In this document: piece after piece, positions 30,538 through 32,594 of the stretch
Position numbering within the stretch: position 1 is the first letter of the stretch
Layout: each line of letters starts with the position of its first letter
IMG/VR virus record: IMGVR_UViG_3300012953_000107
Span: 1-32,594 of that record
DNA: 32,594 nt
Direction: 5' to 3' (one strand)
Source: a virus
Lineage: Duplodnaviria > Caudoviricetes
The notes under the pieces: model-generated
The model's input: only the letters and a program-made list of their open reading frames with translations
What the model was told of the DNA's origin: nothing
Databases searched by the model: none
Position numbers and translations under genes: made by a program

Positions 30538-30561
30538 AAAAAAAAGGCACCTATTGGTGCC
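30538..30561 (-). terminator. Rho-independent terminator
   Basis: The minus strand reads GGCACC-AATA-GGTGCC-TTTTTTTT, 6 bp after the stop at 30568. Confidence 0.88.
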
Positions 30562-30567
30562 CTATAA

Positions 30568-30714
30568 TTATTTACCCTGACCTTTGTATCGTTTACGAGC
30601 CGAGTTACGAGAGGTTGCCGAGTATTTTGTGTGTTTTCCCGTTCCTTGACGAGACTTCTTCGGTGGAGATTGTATGAAATTCTCACCACTAAGACCACCA
30701 GTTGCTTTAGCCAT
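30568..30714 (-). CDS. Small, highly basic hypothetical protein (48 aa)
   Basis: Below the track cutoff. Manual translation: MAKATGGLSGENFIQSPPKKSRQGTGKHTKYSATSRNSARKRYKGQGK*. The start overlaps the upstream stop and a terminator follows. Confidence 0.8.
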   Translation of the reverse strand: MAKATGGLSGENFIQSPPKKSRQGTGKHTKYSATSRNSARKRYKGQGK

Positions 30715-30880
30715 TTTCTTCTAAATAAATTTCAGTTTTAATAGTATCGGGATGAGGAGAACCTGTCTGATAGAATTCAAGTGCCAAATCCTCCATAATC
30801 TGGAAGTATTCAGTTTGACCTAATGCCGTGAATACTTCCTTTCCATTTATAGTTACTTTATATAACTCTTGTTTTTTCAT
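30707..30880 (-). CDS. Small hypothetical protein (57 aa)
   Basis: Below the track cutoff. Manual translation: MKKQELYKVTINGKEVFTALGQTEYFQIMEDLALEFYQTGSPHPDTIKTEIYLEENG*. It fills the gap and overlaps both neighbours. Confidence 0.75.
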   Translation of the reverse strand: MKKQELYKVTINGKEVFTALGQTEYFQIMEDLALEFYQTGSPHPDTIKTEIYLEENG

Positions 30881-31616
30881 GTCCTACTCGTATACGAGGA
30901 TCACACCAGATTTCAAAACCTGCTTCCTTTGCATCAAGACAGAAAGAAACGTCCTCACCGCACATGTCTTGCACCTCACCTGATTCAAAAACTTGCATCT
31001 TGGGTGCGAACCATGGATAGGGCATTCCTTCGTGCTCAAAAACTCCGTTTTTAATTAGTAACCATCCGAAACCAGTATAATCTACTGTGAATGGTTTGCG
31101 TCTCTTGGATATGCTTTCGACAGTTTCATGATTCATCACACCACCGTTGTTACGAAAATCATCCTCTTCTAACCAATGTGCAACAGATGTTGTTTTACCA
31201 TCTTCGGTAGCATACCATCCTCCTGCAATGTCTTGTTCCATTAAGACTAATTGGAAAAATTTCTCACTGTTAAAGACAATATCAGAGTCAATCCATAATT
31301 GCCAATCATACTTTAACTTACCATCCCATGGAACTTGGTTTGGCCCTCTGAGAACATTTGCACCAAGACACTTACATCTTGCAAAGTTCACCATAGAACT
31401 ATAGTCTTGTGAGATTTGTATACTTGCTCCACACTGAACTAAGTCAAAGCAAAGTTGTACAAAACTTTTTAGATACTGATAAGAAACTCCTCTACCTGGT
31501 AAACAAAATACAATGGCTTTTCCCTTAACCATTTCTTTTGCTTTATCATAATCCCATTCAGGTTCCTCTTTTTTCGTTATCGGTGATTTTGCTTTCACCG
31601 TAAATCCTTTAGCCAT
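30858..31616 (-). CDS. Putative GT-A fold (GT2-like) glycosyltransferase
   Basis: DxD-type motif LWIDSDIVF, then VDYTGFGWLLIK.GVFE, GEDVSFC and IWCDPRIRVGHEK, which is the motif order of GT-A enzymes. Substrate unknown. Confidence 0.75.
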   Translation of the reverse strand: MAKGFTVKAKSPITKKEEPEWDYDKAKEMVKGKAIVFCLPGRGVSYQYLKSFVQLCFDLVQCGASIQISQDYSSMVNFARCKCLGANVLRGPNQVPWDGKLKYDWQLWIDSDIVFNSEKFFQLVLMEQDIAGGWYATEDGKTTSVAHWLEEDDFRNNGGVMNHETVESISKRRKPFTVDYTGFGWLLIKNGVFEHEGMPYPWFAPKMQVFESGEVQDMCGEDVSFCLDAKEAGFEIWCDPRIRVGHEKTRVI

Positions 31617-31655
31617 AATCGAATTCGCTATGTTTTTTAATACTTAAGTATCAAT

Positions 31656-31684
31656 ATTATACTATATTATATATTGCTTGTCAA
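31656..31684 (-). promoter_or_regulatory. Perfect sigma70-type (early) promoter TTGACA-N17-TATAAT
   Basis: The minus strand reads TTGACA AGCAATATATAATATAG TATAAT. The -35 box is at 31679-31684 and the -10 box at 31656-31661, 39 bp upstream of the ATG at 31616. Confidence 0.88.
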
Positions 31685-31857
31685 TATGAATGTTCCATAT
31701 AATTTTCCGTATTATCCACATCCTCTAGTTCTTCGTAACTTAAATTGTCTATGTAACTATGATATAATTTTCCCCATATGATATTGAATTCTTTATCGTC
31801 CAAACATTTAAATAAACATTTATCACCCAGATATATGTGATATGTTTTTTTACTCAT
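31681..31857 (-). CDS. Small hypothetical protein (58 aa)
   Basis: MSKKTYHIYLGDKCLFKCLDDKEFNIIWGKL... The ATG at 31857 is preferred over 31884 because it is coupled to the upstream stop (ATGAGTAA). Confidence 0.72.
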   Translation of the reverse strand: MSKKTYHIYLGDKCLFKCLDDKEFNIIWGKLYHSYIDNLSYEELEDVDNTENYMEHSY

Positions 31858-32023
31858 CTGCTTCCGTAATAATAAGATCTCCATTATCTATATTCCATTT
31901 TAATGTAAGATCTTCATACCAACCATATTCATTTATAATTTCTTCGGGAATTGTTATATGATATCTACCAGTTACTGTATCAATCTCTATGGTGCTAAAA
32001 ATTTCATCAAAATTTTTTTTCAT
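31850..32023 (-). CDS. AbrB/MazE/SpoVT-like DNA-binding protein (57 aa)
   Basis: TIEID..TGRYHITIPEEIINEYGWYEDLTLKWNIDNGDLIITE fits the swapped-hairpin pattern (ITIP..I...G...D.L.W...G.LII). Start reassigned to ATG 32023. Confidence 0.72.
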   Translation of the reverse strand: MKKNFDEIFSTIEIDTVTGRYHITIPEEIINEYGWYEDLTLKWNIDNGDLIITEADE

Positions 32024-32130
32024 ATTTTTTGGATCCCTGTAGTTGTTTTTATATAGCGAAAAAAAATTTTGTATAGAGAGGGAAATATAGCTGCCTTGGG
32101 TAACACTTTGTAGGTTAGGGTAGTTATGCA

Positions 32131-32161
32131 ATTTTATATAAGGGGGGGCAACACGCCCCCC
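32131..32161 (-). terminator. Strong GC hairpin, probable terminator with an atypical tail
   Basis: The minus strand reads GGGGGGC-GTGTT-GCCCCCC-CTTATATAAAAT, 10 bp after the stop at 32172. The U-tract is weak. Confidence 0.55.
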
Positions 32162-32171
32162 ACTGTCTGAT

Positions 32172-32366
32172 TCACGAACGGATGAGGTGTCTTTTAATAC
32201 TGCGTTCAACCTGCCTTAAGGTATTCACATCAGAGGGTGATGCGGATGTATGTATTCTCACCCCTGTTTCATGGATCCATGTAAGGTGCTTACGTTTTCT
32301 ATACAAACTGAACTGATAACGTTTCATCAGTTTACTCAGTTCGGAGTTATACTTATTATAGTTCAT
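32172..32366 (-). CDS. HicA-like (dsRBD-like fold) small basic protein
   Basis: 64 aa with a helix-3 strand-helix pattern: ELSKLMKRYQFSLYRKRKHLTWIHETGVRIHTSASPSD..TLRQVERSIKR. A His sits at the position of the HicA catalytic His. Confidence 0.55.
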   Translation of the reverse strand: MNYNKYNSELSKLMKRYQFSLYRKRKHLTWIHETGVRIHTSASPSDVNTLRQVERSIKRHLIRS

Positions 32367-32594
32367 GCTGTGGCAAACCTCCGATTAGGATTAGAGAAGT
32401 TGTTATATGAGAATTCACGACGGTCAACCAATTTGAAATAACCGAACCGTGAGATCATAACGTATCCTTCTCCTTTGATTGGTTCGGGGTCACCCATCAC
32501 GCATGTCTCAAACTCTGCATTGTCCTCACATAGATCCAATGCTCTCAACTTTATCTCCTCAACGACCTTCCATAACTCAATCAAATTTGAACTG
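32363..32594 (-). CDS. Partial (5'-truncated) conserved phage protein, C-terminal part
   Basis: The frame stays open upstream of the TTG at 32584 to the window edge. The C-terminal motif GEGYV.....GYFKLVDRREFSYNNF resembles, from memory, DUF6267-type myovirus proteins. Confidence 0.7.
   Translation of the reverse strand, partial: SSNLIELWKVVEEIKLRALDLCEDNAEFETCVMGDPEPIKGEGYVMISRFGYFKLVDRREFSYNNFSNPNRRFATA

Noticed and set aside
32109-32123. Telomere-like TAGGTTAGGGTAG
   Set aside because: Only one true TTAGGG and no array; treated as part of the non-coding element.
32024-32209. N-terminal 62-aa extension of the 119-aa ORF (31850-32209), and the idea of a frameshifted HicA-AbrB fusion
   Set aside because: It starts at TTG inside the HicA-like gene and runs through a strong hairpin and A/T tracts. 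The AbrB-like domain begins at ATG 32023, and I saw no slippery site in the overlap.
384-32441. All plus-strand ORFs in the track (e.g. 384-764, 15785-16108, 21452-21817, 23567-23968, 31147-31404, 32250-32441)
   Set aside because: They are antisense shadows lying wholly within long minus-strand genes, have no recognisable motifs, and are expected from codon bias.
1-32594. tRNA/rRNA genes, auxiliary metabolic genes, stop-codon recoding
   Set aside because: There is no room or cloverleaf in the short intergenic gaps and no photosynthesis or carbon-metabolism genes were seen. Long ORFs are intact under the standard code.

Overview
This is an AT-rich fragment of a T4-like myophage genome, most consistent with a marine cyanomyovirus (Kyanoviridae-type gene content). 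All credible genes are on the minus strand. In transcription order (right to left), it starts with the tail of a higher-GC gene block: a partial ORF with ligase-like motifs and a HicA-like small protein. Next come a ~150-bp structured non-coding element and a small five-gene module: an AbrB-like regulator, two apparently paralogous ~57-aa proteins flanking a GT-A glycosyltransferase that has a perfect sigma70 promoter, and a very basic 48-aa peptide, closed by a terminator. The late virion operon follows: gp25, gp6, a 4333-aa gp7-like wedge protein, gp8, a 2427-aa VrlC-like protein, three small structural ORFs, gp13, gp14, gp15 and gp16. It ends with a coiled-coil/fibre-like ORF of at least 637 aa that runs off the left edge. 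T4-type late promoters (TATAAATA) occupy all three sizeable intergenic gaps of the late block. Three real ORFs are missing from the supplied track (1-1912, 30568-30714, 30707-30880). Family assignments come from motif recognition and synteny, not database searches.
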